Shown here one piece after another: positions 28,426-42,075 of a stretch of DNA of 64,000 nt (the first letter of the stretch is position 1; each line of letters begins with the position of its first letter). The stretch is from the NCBI GenBank assembly GCA_964016885.1, contig OZ024759.1:28954001-29018000 (forward strand). Direction: 5' to 3'. Both the position numbers and the translations under genes were made by a program. Source of the DNA: Eledone cirrhosa (taxonomy: Eukaryota). The notes beneath the pieces are model-generated. The model was not told the DNA's origin and did not search any database. It was given only the letters and a program-made list of their open reading frames with translations.

Positions 28426-28592
28426 TATATATGTATGTACGTATGAATGTACATATGTACGTATGAATGTATGTATGTATGTATGTACGTATGTATGTAT
28501 GTACGTACGTATGTACGTATGTACGTACGTACGTATGTATGTATGTACGTATGTACGTATGTATGTACTTATGTTTGTATGTACGTATGTAC

Positions 28593-28623
<31 letters not shown>

Positions 28624-28984
28624 TATAAGTTTGTATGTATATACGTACGTATGTATGTATATAAGTATGTATGTATGTATGTATACATGTCTATATGTAC
28701 GTATGTGTATATCCTCCAGTGGATGTTGTGGCCTTAATTTGTGACCGTCCCTTGGGATAAATCACCACCACATTGCTAAAATATTTTAAAAGGGAACCAA
28801 CCAACCAACAGACTGGCCCTTACCAACATCTCATCCCCACCACCACCACCACCACCACCAGAATACTAGCCATTAGGGAGATTAAATACAAAATGTGATA
28901 TGGTGGTGGCAGTGGTGGTGGACATATTGGTAAAGTTGGTCTTGTTGTGAGTGGTGGTGGTGGCGGCCATGGTTGTGGTGGTGG

Positions 28985-29011
28985 TAGGTGATGCTGGTGG
29001 TGGTGGTGTTG

Positions 29012-29057
<46 letters not shown>

Positions 29058-29122
29058 GGGTAGTGGTAGTAGTAGTAGGAGTAGTAGGTGTAGTAGGAGT
29101 GGTGGTTGTGGTGGTGGTGTTG

Positions 29123-29153
<31 letters not shown>

Positions 29154-29345
29154 GAGTAGGAGTAGGAGTAATAGGAGTAGTAGGAGTAGTGGTGGTGGTG
29201 GTTGTTGTGGTGGTGATCATCATCGTTATAGTAGTAATGGTGGTGGTTGTGTTGATGATAATTATTATAGAAGTAGTAGTAGTAGTAGTAGCAGTAGTAG
29301 TAGTAGTAGTAGTAGTGGTAGTGGTGGTGGTTGTAGTAGTAGTGT
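28985..29345. repeat. (GTA)n/(GGT)n simple repeats
   Basis: Direct reading. Confidence 0.9.
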
Positions 29346-29902
29346 AAGAGAGGAGAGGGGGGTGCTAGACAATTCGGAAGTGGGATTGTCCGGTCGAATA
29401 ACTTAATTCCTATAAAAGACAGCAGTGACCATCCTTTGATGATGGTCACTGCTGTCTGTAGAGAGGTCAACATAGAGGTCAGCAGGACACCCCCACCACC
29501 AACATCACCGTCACCACAAAGCCACCAATTCTCCTCATCTTTTGACTTATCTATCTGTCTATAATATATATATATTATAAATAAAGGTTGACTTTGCTTT
29601 TCATCCTTACGGGGTCGATAAAATAAAGTACCAGTAATACACTGGGATAATTGCCTGCCAAAAGTAGAAACAATTATTACTCTCTCTATCTATCTATATA
29701 TATATATATAGATCTTGAGTATATGTTGGTTGTATACCAACACCTTAGTATGCAGGCTGGAGCACTCGACGAAGTGCGCAGGTTGGTTTGATTCCAGTTC
29801 CTCAGTGAAATTACAACCCAACCAGGAACTGGGCATATCAGAGTATTGACAATATTATACACCTAAACAACATATGTACTTGTCTATACCATACTAATTC
29901 AA

Positions 29903-29957
29903 ACTGCCTGAAGAGGTCACAGCCAAAGATGGCTGTCACTGAAATATATATAGCAGT
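29903..29957 (+). ncRNA. Type I hammerhead ribozyme, intact
   Basis: ACTGC CTGAAGA GGTCACAGCCA-aaga-TGGCTGTCACT GAAA TATATA TA GCAGT, followed directly by AATAAA; within a (TA)n-flanked element ~29711-30008. Confidence 0.85.
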
Positions 29958-30002
29958 AATAAACGAAGCTAAATTTTAAACATTTGACTTTTTATTTAAC
30001 TT

Positions 30003-30104
<102 letters not shown>

Positions 30105-30105
30105 A

Positions 30106-30246
30106 GTTTCACCTTATGCGGATCCGCATAAGGTGAAACATTTGTTCTCGGTATGGTGAACTAACTGTTGTGGAACTACTTCTACCAAGCTGGTCCCATG
30201 GACTGAGTACTCTGCTACTGCGGATATAACCCTCCAGTGTTCTACT
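30106..30246 (+). mobile_element. HHR element copy (family of 42580 and 55578) with short 5' inversion
   Basis: Perfect palindrome GTTTCACCTTATGCGGATCCGCATAAGGTGAAAC, then the family tail containing GAGTAC. Confidence 0.75.
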
Positions 30247-30248
30247 AT

Positions 30249-30289
<41 letters not shown>

Positions 30290-30366
30290 GGGGGGTGTAA
30301 CGTCCAGTTACTCTGGGTTCTACGAAGCAGAGTTTCCAACTTTGGTAACTCTGCTTCGTAGATTCG

Positions 30367-30463
30367 AGACATATCCGAGGATCTTGCGATTTCAGAGTCA
30401 GGTTTGATCATTGCATCGATCGTGCTTCGAGCTGGTCGCCAGAGAAACGATTGTAATATGTCT
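30367..30463 (+). ncRNA. Hammerhead motif (U4C) inside a TG...CA-bounded segment
   Basis: AGACATAT CCGAGGA TCTTGCGA...TCGCCAGA GAAA CGATTG TA ATATGTCT then AATAAA; 8-bp stem I. Confidence 0.7.
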
Positions 30464-30585
30464 AATAAATCTTATTCGTCGCACCACTGATTCTCCGTTT
30501 CTTATCTGATATTATACTCTGCTCTATAAGAGCATCGAGTTCTCAAACGGCATACCGCATACGGACGCTTTAAGCATCCCACACC

Positions 30586-30685
<100 letters not shown>

Positions 30686-31995
30686 ATGTATGTATGTATG
30701 TATGTATGTATGTATGTATGTATGTATGTATGTATGTATGTATGTATGTATGTGAACCTAATAAACTACCATTTGTACTGCCTCTGTTTTTTGTTCCTGT
30801 CTAATATTTAACTATGTATATATATATATATATATATATATAATGCCAATCATTGTAAGTTTGAATCTGACATGCAAAACATATATATATATGAATAAAG
30901 TAAGTCCCCAAATCATAGTAGATTCAAATATCACAGAGAGAAAGAGAGAAGGGGGAGAAATGAGGTGCAACAGAAATAAAACAAGGATTACAGGTTAAAA
31001 TATAGTGAAACAAAACGAGGATGTAATTTATGGAACACCCAAATAATTTAGAAGACGACCTTAAGTAGGAGCAACAAAAACATTAAGAAAGACATGAACG
31101 AAACCACAACACTTTGTTTTGAAATTTTGAAAGTAGGTTTATAAGTATGAATTTTCATAAGATTTTCGTAGTTGTCTCTGTGGCCTAGCGGTACGTATTA
31201 GGGACGGTGGAGATCCTGGCCTTAGGTTCAATCCTAGTAAAGAGGTACATGTAACTTTTTTTTCAGTTTTAATTTTACAGCCCATAGAAAAAAAACTGAA
31301 AATGTTTACTGGGAACCCTACTCCCGACCAGGATCACCACCGTCTACGATTCCTCCAGTTAGGCCACCGAGACAGCTACAAAAGTATAATGAAAATTGAT
31401 AATTATAAACCTACAAACCTACTTTCAAAATCAAAGTTAAAAAGATGTGGTGTCGTCCATGGCTTTCCTAGAGCTATTAGTAATACTTAGGGTCGACTTC
31501 TGTTCATTATTGAAAGTCTCTGGATTTCGCAAAATACATATTTTTTATTGGAGAAGATAAGATATTTTTCCGCAAAAATTTGATTGCACTGTTCTGTTTC
31601 CACTTATGTATTTTTCAAAAATGTTATTTATTCATTATAAAAATTAAATGATAGCATTCTATATCTAGGTGGGCCCCCTTCATCTCCTGGCAACCATTAT
31701 TTTTAGACCCAGTCCGCCACTGTATATATATATATATATATTAATCATCATCATCATCATCATCATCATTTTACGTCCGCTTTTCCCTACTTGCAAGAGT
31801 GGGACATTAATTAATATATATACATATTATTCTCCAAAATGATACGTGTTTTTTTTTCTTCTAAAAATATCTATCTATCTATCTATCAACATTTTACACG
31901 TTTTTATTGTATGTAAACTTCCCCCTTTGTATTTGTCCCCTTCTTTTGTGCCCCTGTGGCTAATAAAGAAATATATCTATCTATCAATGTTAATG

Positions 31996-32560
31996 TGTGA
32001 TGGTGGTGTTGTGTAGTGACTGTGATGGTGGTGTTGTGTAGTGACTGTGATGGTGGTGTTGTGTAGTGACTGTGATGGTGGTGTTGTGTAGTGACTGTGA
32101 TGGTGGTGTTGTGTAGTGACTGTGATGGTGGTGTTGTGTAGCGACTGTGATGGTGGTGTTGTGTAGTGACTGTGATGGTGGGGACTGTGATGGTGGTGTT
32201 GTGTAGTGACTGTGATGGTGGTGTTGTGTAGTGACTGTGGTGGTGGTGTTGTGTAGCGACTGTGATGGTGGTGTTGTGTAGCGACTGTGATGGTGGTGTT
32301 GTGTAGTGACTGTGATGGTGGTGTTGTGTAGCGACTGTGATGGTGGTGTTGTGTAGTGGCTGTGATGGTGGTGTTGTGTAGTGACTGTGATGGTGGTGTT
32401 GTGTAGTGACTGTGATGGTGGTGTTGTGTAGTGACTGTGTGATGGTGGTGTTGTGTAGTGGCTGTGATGGTGGTGTTGTGTAGTGACTGTGATGGTGGTG
32501 TTGTGTAGTGACTGTGATGGTGGTGTTGTGTAGTGACTGTGATGGTGGTGTTGTGATGGT
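31996..32560. repeat. 25-bp minisatellite
   Basis: GTGACTGTGATGGTGGTGTTGTGTA repeated ~22 times. Confidence 0.93.
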
Positions 32561-33049
32561 GGTGGATGTAGTATAAGTGGTGTGTAAACGTCCAGATTTC
32601 CCCAACAAATTATAAAATAACGATCTTTCTTAATAATTATGTCGTCACTGTAAGGCATAATTAAAACCTCACAGTTAATCAAGTAATTAGAATCGGAATA
32701 AAAAATAAATAACATTAACAACTAAAAAAATAAACACAAACATAAACAAACAATGAGATAAAATGGAATAAAATAACATTGAAGGAAATAAATTATTTGA
32801 AGACATTTAGGAAGGACATAAGAGGCCTTTGTTGGCCATGTTGCATAATGGAGTAGGTACTTGTCTTAATGGCGTGGGTGGTAATAGTGATGGTGTTGAC
32901 GATGATGGTGATAGTGTTATTGTTGTTGTTGTTAGTGGTGGTGGTAGTGGAGGGAGGTGGTGGTGGTGATGGTGATGGTGGTGGTGGTGGAAATGGTGTT
33001 GATGGGATTATGGTATTAGTAATGATGATGGTGATGGTGATGATGATAG

Positions 33050-33960
33050 GGTGATGGTGGTGCTTAAGGTGATAGTGGTGATGTTGGTATTGGTGGTCAT
33101 GGCGATGGTAATGATGGTGGTGATGGTGTTCGTGGTGATGGTGGTGATGGTGGTGGTGGTAATGGTGGTCATGGCGGTAGTGATGCTGATAGTAGTGGTA
33201 ATGGTGGTGGTGATGGTGTTCGTAGTGATGGTGGTGGTGGTGGTGGTAATGGTGGTAATGGTGGTGGTGGTGGTAATGGAGGCGGTAATGGTGGTGGTGG
33301 AGGTGGTGGTAATGGTGGTGGTGGAGGTGGTGGTAATGGTGGAGGTGGTGGTAATGGTGGTAATGGTGGTGGTGGTGGTAATGGAGGCGGTAATGGTGGT
33401 GGTGGAGGTGGTGGTAATGGTGGTGGTGGAGGTGGTGGTAATGGTGGAGGTGGTGGTAATGGTGGTGGTAATGGTGGTGGTGGAGGTGCTGGTAATGGTG
33501 GTGGTATTGGTGGTAATGGTGGTGGTGGTAATGGTGGTGGTGGTGGTATTGGTGGTGGTATTGGTGGTAATGGTGGTGGTGGTAATGGTGGTGGTAATGG
33601 TGGTGGTAAGGGTGGTGGTGGAGGTGGTGGTAATGGTGGTGGTGGTAATGGTGGTGGTAAGGGTGGTGGTGGAGGTGGTGGTAATGGTGGTGGTAATGGT
33701 GGTGGTGGTAATGGTGGTGGTGGTGGTATTGGTGGTGGTATTGGTGGTGGTAATGGTGGTGGTGGTGGTGGTGGTAATGGTCGTGGTATTGGTGGTGGTT
33801 GTGGTGGTGGTAATGGTGGTGGTGGTGGTATTGGTGGTAATGGTGGTGGTGGAGGTGGTGTTAATGGTGGTGGTGGAAGAGGTGGTGGTATTGGTGGTGG
33901 TGGTGGTGGTAATGGTGGTGGTGGTGGTGGTATTGGTGGTAAAGGTGGTAATAGTAGTGG
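33050..33960. repeat. (GGT)n-derived compound repeat
   Basis: Direct reading; source of the poly-Val and poly-Pro ORFs. Confidence 0.93.
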
Positions 33961-34292
33961 AGGGACTGGGTGGGAGATTGGTGTCTGTTTTATCTCGTTG
34001 TCACTTTGATGTAGTTCCTTCCTGTGCCAGATGCGACAGACAAAGGACTGGACTCCAGGGACGACCACAATCAGGGCCACAACATCCACACAGGAGACAA
34101 CACAAAAGACAACAACAACAGGAAGAGAGGAGAGATAAGCTATCTAAAGTGTCGTAATTCCTCTCCTGGGACACCAGACACTCACTTCAGCTGTTGTTCT
34201 TTCATATCTTGACGAACACTTTCCTTGTCTTTTTGATCTTTGTCATCTTTCGTATCTCTTTTGCGGCCATGTTGCTTATCTGGCTCCGTTTT

Positions 34293-34358
<66 letters not shown>

Positions 34359-34415
34359 TTAATAATAAGGAGCAAGGAAAAAAGTATCAATATAACATTA
34401 ATAATATATTTATTC

Positions 34416-34491
34416 ACATGTGACGCGCGTTTCGCAATCGATCAGCTCAAGGTAGAGATCGGGACTGACTCTGGAATCGATAGCTCATCAG
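34416..34491 (-). ncRNA. Hammerhead core, 5' stem I strand lost
   Basis: Minus strand: CTGATGA GCTATCGAT...ATCGATTGC GAAA CGCGCG TC ACATGTG AATAAA; truncated against (GA)n. Confidence 0.65.
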
Positions 34492-35074
34492 AGAGAGAGA
34501 GAGAGAGAGGGGGGGGAGTTTGTTTTTGAGTGTGGAAGGGTCAAACATTTATTTACTTCAATGACAAAGAGAACTTATTACATTTCATACGAAACAACAA
34601 TTATTCAAAAGCAACAGCTAAATTTATTCAACAACAAAAAAAATAGCGATAAATCTTTTTTAAAACATCTATCAACGAACGTGGAAGAAAGAAGTATCAG
34701 TTCATTTACTATACACAATAATATCCTCTATGAGGTCACTAAACCTGCTAGAAACAGCAGCTAACTCTCCCCCACATCACACTCCTCCCTACTGTCTTAA
34801 ATTTAGAAAACACACATTAGACAACTATGCAGAACAACTCCATCGCAGCTCTGTTCGGCTGGCATCGTCTACGCGCGTGTTGCGCAAGTACTGTGAAACA
34901 ATAAATTTCAACACTTCTTTGCACAGAGATAATATCCATAGGCGAAACTACAATTGTCATTGCTGATGCATCTCCTGCTTCGGCAGTCCAGGTCTGCAAT
35001 TCATTCACCCAGTGCCTGACAGACAAAAAAGTGCTGCCATAAAATGGGTGGTGCAACCTAACTTTGGTAACTTA

Positions 35075-35236
35075 CTGACCCCGAGCAACGCCAGGCTTTA
35101 ATGCTAGTATATATATATATAGTGTGTAACGTTTTTCGAAATATTTACTTCTGCGTTCACAGATTGATTTTTTTAGTTTCAGAAGATCCCGTTAAGAGTG
35201 AAAGCAGCGATTCTTTGCTTAAACTTTAATCTGTTA

Positions 35237-35298
<62 letters not shown>

Positions 35299-35425
35299 TA
35301 TATTCGTGTACAATAACAAAATATAAACAAATGTATTTATTTCACGAGGCTCGATAAGGATAAATATATATCAAATATATAAGAACCCTAGAGCAACGCT
35401 GGGCAACGCCGGGCCATTCTGCTAG
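35075..35425 (+). mobile_element. Two Helitron-type 3' termini
   Basis: CCCGAGCAACGCCAGG..GCTAG|T (ends 35107) and CTGGGCAACGCCGGG..CTGCTAG|T (ends 35425): GC hairpin plus CTAG followed by T. Confidence 0.55.
35175..35225 (+). ncRNA. Hammerhead-like motif, CAGAAGA (U4A) variant
   Basis: AGTTT CAGAAGA TCCCGTTAAGAGT GAAA GCA-gcgattctt-TGC TT AAACT; same variant at 55024-55074(-) and 57641-57691(+). Confidence 0.65.
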
Positions 35426-35937
35426 TCTATAGTATTAGTTGAATAAAATCGGTGATATAACCACTTGATACAGAAAAACGCTGAACAGAACCGCTCTCGG
35501 TAATTGAACCACGCCACTACTGTATGCGGGAAAGTTGCGTTACCACTAAGCCAAGAAGGATCCTGCCACTTCCTTCCGTTAATATAAAGTTCGCATCTCT
35601 GAGCTAGAATTTTAGAATGTAAATATGGGAAGGCCAAGGTACATGTTACTAAGTTTGGAATTTTAAGAGCATGTTTTGTGTATTTGGTAAAAGTTTCGGC
35701 AACACATATTAACCATAAGTGTGTGCGTGTGTGTGTATGTATGTATATGTGTGTGTGGGGTGTCTGTCTGTCTGTCTATGTGTATAAACATTTGTTCGGA
35801 TGCTCACTTAGAGAATTATAATTGAAAATCTATACTTTATTCCGACAGTAAATGTAGCTTATATTTTCAAATATACAGTGTATTGTGTGCATATATATTA
35901 TTGGAAGACACTCACATACACGCACGCACACGTATAA

Positions 35938-35968
<31 letters not shown>

Positions 35969-36197
35969 ACATGAAGTTCTTCGCTTTATCTATCTTTCCA
36001 TCTCTCTATTTTGTTCCATGCATTTCCTCTTTCTCTTCTTTTTCTTCCTTTTCTTTGTTTTCTGTCTTTCTTTCTGTTTTCTCTCTTTTTCTTTCTCTCT
36101 GTGTAAAATTTTTTCACAGCCAGAGTAAACCTCTTCAAATGAAGTCGGTGTTATAACGGTATGTCGAACCTATTTGTCTATAAAACTGTTTATATTG

Positions 36198-36263
36198 TAT
36201 TTTGTCTGATGAAGGCATAGCATATTGTTAATATGATATCCCCGAAATATATATAATGAAATA
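36198..36263 (+). ncRNA. Type I hammerhead ribozyme in a single-arm element (36125-36306)
   Basis: TATTTTGT CTGATGA AGGCATAGCATATT-gtt-AATATGATATCCCC GAAA TATATA TA ATGAAATA; matches the right arm at 58741-58923. Confidence 0.8.
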
Positions 36264-36301
36264 AATATGGTTTTATAAATATAGTTTTCCATTTATTTAA
36301 T

Positions 36302-36381
<80 letters not shown>

Positions 36382-36719
36382 AACACACACACGTATATAT
36401 ATATATGTTGGTACATTTGTTTAAACTACACTAGAAACTTTAGCACCAGTGCATTCTTACAGAAGCACATATACACAAATACAAACGCAACACACAAACA
36501 CACACACACACACTTTCTCTCACATACATACACAATCTCTTACACCCAGCCATACACACACATCAAGATCGTTCAAGTGGAATATGTTTGGTTTCTCCAA
36601 GATAGCCAAGATAATTTGTCGACATTTAATCCTGATAACCTTTGTCTCTATAGTATGTGTGTGTATATATATTATATATATAAATATATGTATATATATA
36701 TATATATATGCATATAATA

Positions 36720-36752
<33 letters not shown>

Positions 36753-37184
36753 AAAATATACACATATATATACACACACAAAGTCGTAGAATAAACGAGT
36801 GATAAAAATGGAAAGTGTATATGTCTGCATATACACTCACAGACACACACGTATGTCTGTATAAACACTCACACACACATATATGTGTGTGTGTGAGTGG
36901 TGCGTGTGTATGTGTGTGACGTGTGTATATATGTATGTGTGTGTATAACATAAACACACACATGTGTAATACCTCTAACCCTCTCCGTTTCATCTCCATC
37001 TTATCACTGTAACCGCCACCACCGCCACAACCACCACTACCACCACCGCCGCCGCCACCACCACCACCACCACCACCACCGCCACTACCACCACCACCGC
37101 CACTACCCCATACCTGCAGTCATCTAAGTTAAATCTCTAGAGTTCATTCTCTATATCTGCTGTTCCATACAATAACACACACAC

Positions 37185-37234
<50 letters not shown>

Positions 37235-37235
37235 G

Positions 37236-37285
<50 letters not shown>

Positions 37286-37432
37286 CACATATATATATAT
37301 TTATATATACACACATTCATATATGTATATATATATATACACACATTCATATATACATACATATACATACATATATATATATACATATATACATACATAT
37401 ATATATATACACATATATACATACATATATAT

Positions 37433-37498
<66 letters not shown>

Positions 37499-37527
37499 CT
37501 CTGTTTTGTCCCTGTTCAAATTTTTCC

Positions 37528-37569
<42 letters not shown>

Positions 37570-37662
37570 CATACATATACATATCTACATATATACATAT
37601 ATATATATATATACATACATACATACATATACATATCTACATATATACATATATATATATAT

Positions 37663-37695
<33 letters not shown>

Positions 37696-37862
37696 TGCAT
37701 ATATACATAGTTGTGTGTGTCTGTGTAGACTGAGATAGGTTGGTCCCTAAATCATTGTTGATAAAAATGGCAGAGTGCAGTTGGCGCGTAAAATCCCGAA
37801 TACCCGATCGTGATTGAAATCTCTTTGTTATTCACGTAACATCTATAAACCCACGCACGTGG

Positions 37863-37903
<41 letters not shown>

Positions 37904-37934
37904 CAAATACATACAAATACATATATACCTCCGC

Positions 37935-37972
<38 letters not shown>

Positions 37973-38451
37973 ACAGGTAAAGCTATGTGGATGAGCAGTT
38001 TACTTCACAACCACGAGGTTTCAGTTACAGTCCGGCTACGCGGCACCTTGGTCAAATGTTTCCTACTATAGCCTTCATTAATATGCGGAACATCATCGCA
38101 ATCGCAGGTGATAGGGACCCCTAAACCCCTTTTTAAAAGCCCCACTCTCCAACTACTGAAAGTAAATCCAAGTAACAGGAGAGATAAATGTAATTATCAA
38201 AATACAATCTATGTAATACTGAATACGTTATTAATCAAGCTACATTGACAGTATTGGTAGAGTGTCAGACGCCATGCTTTGCAGCACAGAGTTATGTCCC
38301 TTTCCGCTCTGAGTTCAAATCTCGCCGGGCTTAACTTTGCCTTTCATTCTTACCGGGTCGATAAAATAAAGTACCAGTAATGCACTGGGATAATTGCTGG
38401 CCTTGTGCCAAAAGTAGACACAATTATTGTATAAAATTAGAAAAAGAATTG

Positions 38452-38488
38452 TCCTTAACTTATCAGACGTTTGTCCTTCGTCAGGAAA
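38452..38488 (-). ncRNA. Degenerate minimal hammerhead
   Basis: Minus strand: TTTC CTGACGA AGGACAAACGTCT GATA AGT TAAGG; GAAA mutated; resembles 59256-59290. Confidence 0.4.
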
Positions 38489-38730
38489 GAAACGAAAGTG
38501 AAGTTTTGAGAGAAAACGGAAGAGAAAAAAATGAAAAACGTTAAAAAAATTTAAGAAAAATGCAACGAAAAAGAAAAGATAGAAGAGGGAGGGTTCACCA
38601 GGAGAGGTTACGTGATCAACGGCAATCCGTAATCCACCATTCTATGTACGAGACAAACAGGAAGAATTTCGAATGTCTACCCACACTGATAAACATTAAA
38701 CGAGAAACGTATGAGCTTGGTGAGCCAGTC

Positions 38731-38778
38731 CCGTCTGAGGATCGTACAAGGAGGAGGACATGAAACTGAAAGTAACGG
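38731..38778 (+). ncRNA. Probable hammerhead with weak stem II
   Basis: CCGT CTGAGGA ...20 nt... GAAA CT-gaa-AG TA ACGG. Confidence 0.45.
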
Positions 38779-39647
38779 AATGCTGTAAAGTGAAACTTTA
38801 TATATTAAATATTTACTCTACCAAAGATATTGAATTCTGCTTTACATTGTTCATAGCATTACTGTGTCTCTGGTAGTATTTACACATACATTGCTACTTC
38901 CTACACATATATTCACTGTAGTTTATCTCTTAGAATCCCCAGAAAGAGTACAAGAGTACTTGGAAATAAGATTATTTCTGGCAACAAGGGAGGCGGTGGG
39001 GGTGGAGTGAATTGGCAGAACCGGTAGAGCATCGGATAAAATGTTATTGTGATATTTGTTCTGTTGCTTTACATTCTGAGTTCAAATCCTGCTGAGTTCA
39101 TCCACTCAAACCTGCCTTGAAATGTATAGAACAAAACGAAGGGGTCACTTTTTAACAATTAAAATTACAAAACACCCGAAAGCCACCCCTGGTTTTGCAA
39201 TTCAAAACTGTTTCTTTTAAAGTGTTTGTTTATATTGAAAACAAACCAACAACGTGATGATGAATGTGTCTTGATCTGTCAACAGAGAGCTGTATGGATT
39301 GAGAAAATATTGTTACACGGAGTTGAAAGATAAAACATGATTTGTCTTCCTAATGACAGAATTGAATCAGTATTGATGTCGTATTACAGTGTGTGAGGAT
39401 GTACATACATGCATACATACATACATACATACATACATACATACATACATACATACATACATACCTACCTACCTACCTACCTACATGCATGCATGCATGC
39501 ATGCATGCATGCATGCATGCATGCATGCATACATACATACATACATACATACATACATACATGCATGCATGCATGCATGCATACATACATACATACATAC
39601 ATACATACATACATACATACATACATACATACATACATACATACATA

Positions 39648-39888
39648 CTTGGTGCTACGGGTTATATACCAACCCGCTTGAACCAAAGTTTGACTGAACT
39701 TGGATTTGCGGACAAAAAGCGCAGCTCCCTAATTCATAGTCTACAAATGGCTGCGATAGCTGGCACCTTCAACATTTGCAAAACATTCTTGCGATTCAAG
39801 GGATGACAATTTCTTTTCTTTTACAACCTTGCCACCAGGAAGGTGGCCGGTCAAAAAAATATACTCGAAATTAAGAGAAAGAGAAAAC
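39648..39888 (+). pseudogene. R4/Dong-like LINE 3' end inside (CATA)n
   Basis: LGATGYIP..LNQSL.ELG......[21 protein letters not shown], typical of an RLE C-terminus; flanked on both sides by (TACA)n. Confidence 0.7.
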
Positions 39889-41124
39889 ATACATACATAC
39901 ATACATACATACATACATACATACATACATACATACATACATACATACATACATACATGGTGGCTGCCAACTCGTTTTCGAGTACGGCCACTACTTTATA
40001 TCCGTGTAGGAGAACCCTTACCGATGTGCTGAACGAGTGTGACTTTTTAGTCCAGCCAGCGACTTGAAAACTCTGGTACAAACACTACACTTGTGTCAAT
40101 TATTGACACATAGTGCTGGGCCCATGGTACCATGTGACGACAAGTGCAGAGAGATCTCCAGATATAAAGCAATGCCTGTGCCGTGAAGCTTTTATAGTGA
40201 GCAAAGGCACTGCACAAAGCCAGTCCCACTCTCTTAACCAAGATGATATTTACCAAAAAGAACAAGTCAACATCATTGGATACCATCAGTGTTGCAGGTG
40301 TTATATCAGAGTTTTCCTTCTCCTAGAATTCTGCCTTGACAAAGGCTAAGGGGTCATCTCTCCCGGTGAAATACATACATACATACATACATACATACAT
40401 ACATACATACATACATACATACATACATGCGTTGATTTAGGCACAAGGTTAACAATTTTGGGGGGAAGTGAAAGTCGTGCGTTACTGGTACTTTATTTTA
40501 TCGACCTCGTAAGGATGAAAGGCAAAGCTAACCTAAACGGGATTTAAACTCAGAATATGAAAGAACGTAACTATATGCCGCAGTGAATGTTGCTCGACGC
40601 TCTACCGATACTGCTATTTCACCGTCCACAAACCAGCTTAATAATGGTATCTGATTTACGCACAAGGCCAGAGAAAAGTTAGTTATATTACTAACCAGCT
40701 TAATAATGAGAAAAGTTAGTGTATATATTACTAAATCTCTCCAAATTATTTCAAAATCAAGAGGCAGTGTCTTTCATTAAACCGCCCCTGGTATTGCAAT
40801 AAAAAAACTGCTTTAATATGTTTATATTTGTCAAAAATAACTAAAATATTAAGAAAACTTTCACTATAATTTATTAATAATGTACTCTACTTCCTGTGTT
40901 AGTCACGAAGCCGATGTAAATTGAAAAATGAAAAAAATGAAAACGCGGCTACCATATTGAAAGCAAAGATATAATTGCAAATAATTGATAAATAAATCGA
41001 ACTATAATGAACAGTGTAAAATATTCAACTTACAATTTGGATGTGGGTTTCACCTGGAAATATGAAATAAATAATAGTTAAAAGTGGTTAGAGATGTTTT
41101 TTCTCAAATAGCTGGGTAAGCGAA

Positions 41125-41202
<78 letters not shown>

Positions 41203-41204
<2 letters not shown>

Positions 41205-41617
41205 CAAATAGATATTTAATTTGTTGGTTATTCAAAACAGATTCGAAGCACTCTACAGATTCTTCTGGAGTATAATATCAATGATATTAATACATGGAAA
41301 CTATCTTTATAAAACCATATTTATTTTATTATATATATTTCAAGGGTATCAACATTTTGGTACGTTCTCATCAGATAAAATACAAAGATTGTTTTATAAA
41401 TATTGACATATCCAGAAACAAGAATTTATAGTCGAAATGAACTATCCAAAATGAACTTAAAACGATAAGTTCTTGTTTCTGGATATGTCAATATTTATAA
41501 AACAATCTTTGTATTTTATCTGATGAAAGCGTACCAAAATGTTGGTACCCTTGAAATATATATATAATAAAATAAATATGGTTTTATAAGGATAGTTTCC
41601 ATGTATTAATATCATTG
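41203..41617. mobile_element. Palindromic element with two intact hammerheads, in (TA)n
   Basis: HHR on minus at 41322-41382 and on plus at 41512-41574 (TATTTTAT CTGATGA AAGCGTACCAA-aatg-TTGGTACCCTT GAAA TATATATA TA ATAAAATA); left arm has a ~70 nt extra tail. Confidence 0.85.
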
Positions 41618-41917
41618 ATATATATATATATATTATATCGATAGTCGATTGACAAGATCCCTCATTCGCTTAACGAGTGAGGGTGGAGCTCGTCAAATCG
41701 GACCGAGGAAACAATGTTTCCATTGGTCTTTCCAATTGCTAATACTTACTGTCGGTCGCAACTCAAGGCAGAAGGAACAACGTGAAATAACGTGTCTTGC
41801 TCAAGGACATAACACATCGCCCGGTCTGGAAATCGAAATCACAACCTAACGATTGCGAATCCAATTCTCTAACCACTCACCCACGCGCCTTCACACACAC
41901 ACACATATATATATATA

Positions 41918-42075
41918 GGAACGAGTAAAGACCCCGACGACTGAGCTCAAGCCGTTTCGACGGCTAATTCTGGAGCTCAGCCGTCGGGGCCCTATTCGTT
42001 CTTATTACCCATTCTACTACCTAAGTACTTTGGTGCGTTATGGTCCATCTGGTTCCTTACCACATTCCCTTCGTT
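41918..42075. mobile_element. Palindromic HHR-half element (family of 13195)
   Basis: Inversion at GACGGCTAATTCTGG; long arm to the right ending CTTCGTTA-(TA)n. Confidence 0.7.

Noticed and set aside
31178-31250. tRNA gene (TGGCCTAGCGG...GGTTCAATCC)
   Set aside because: A/B-box-like motifs only, with no acceptor or anticodon stems; likely a decayed SINE head
33051-34157. 368-aa Val/Met-rich ORF
   Set aside because: Translation of the (GGT)n repeat
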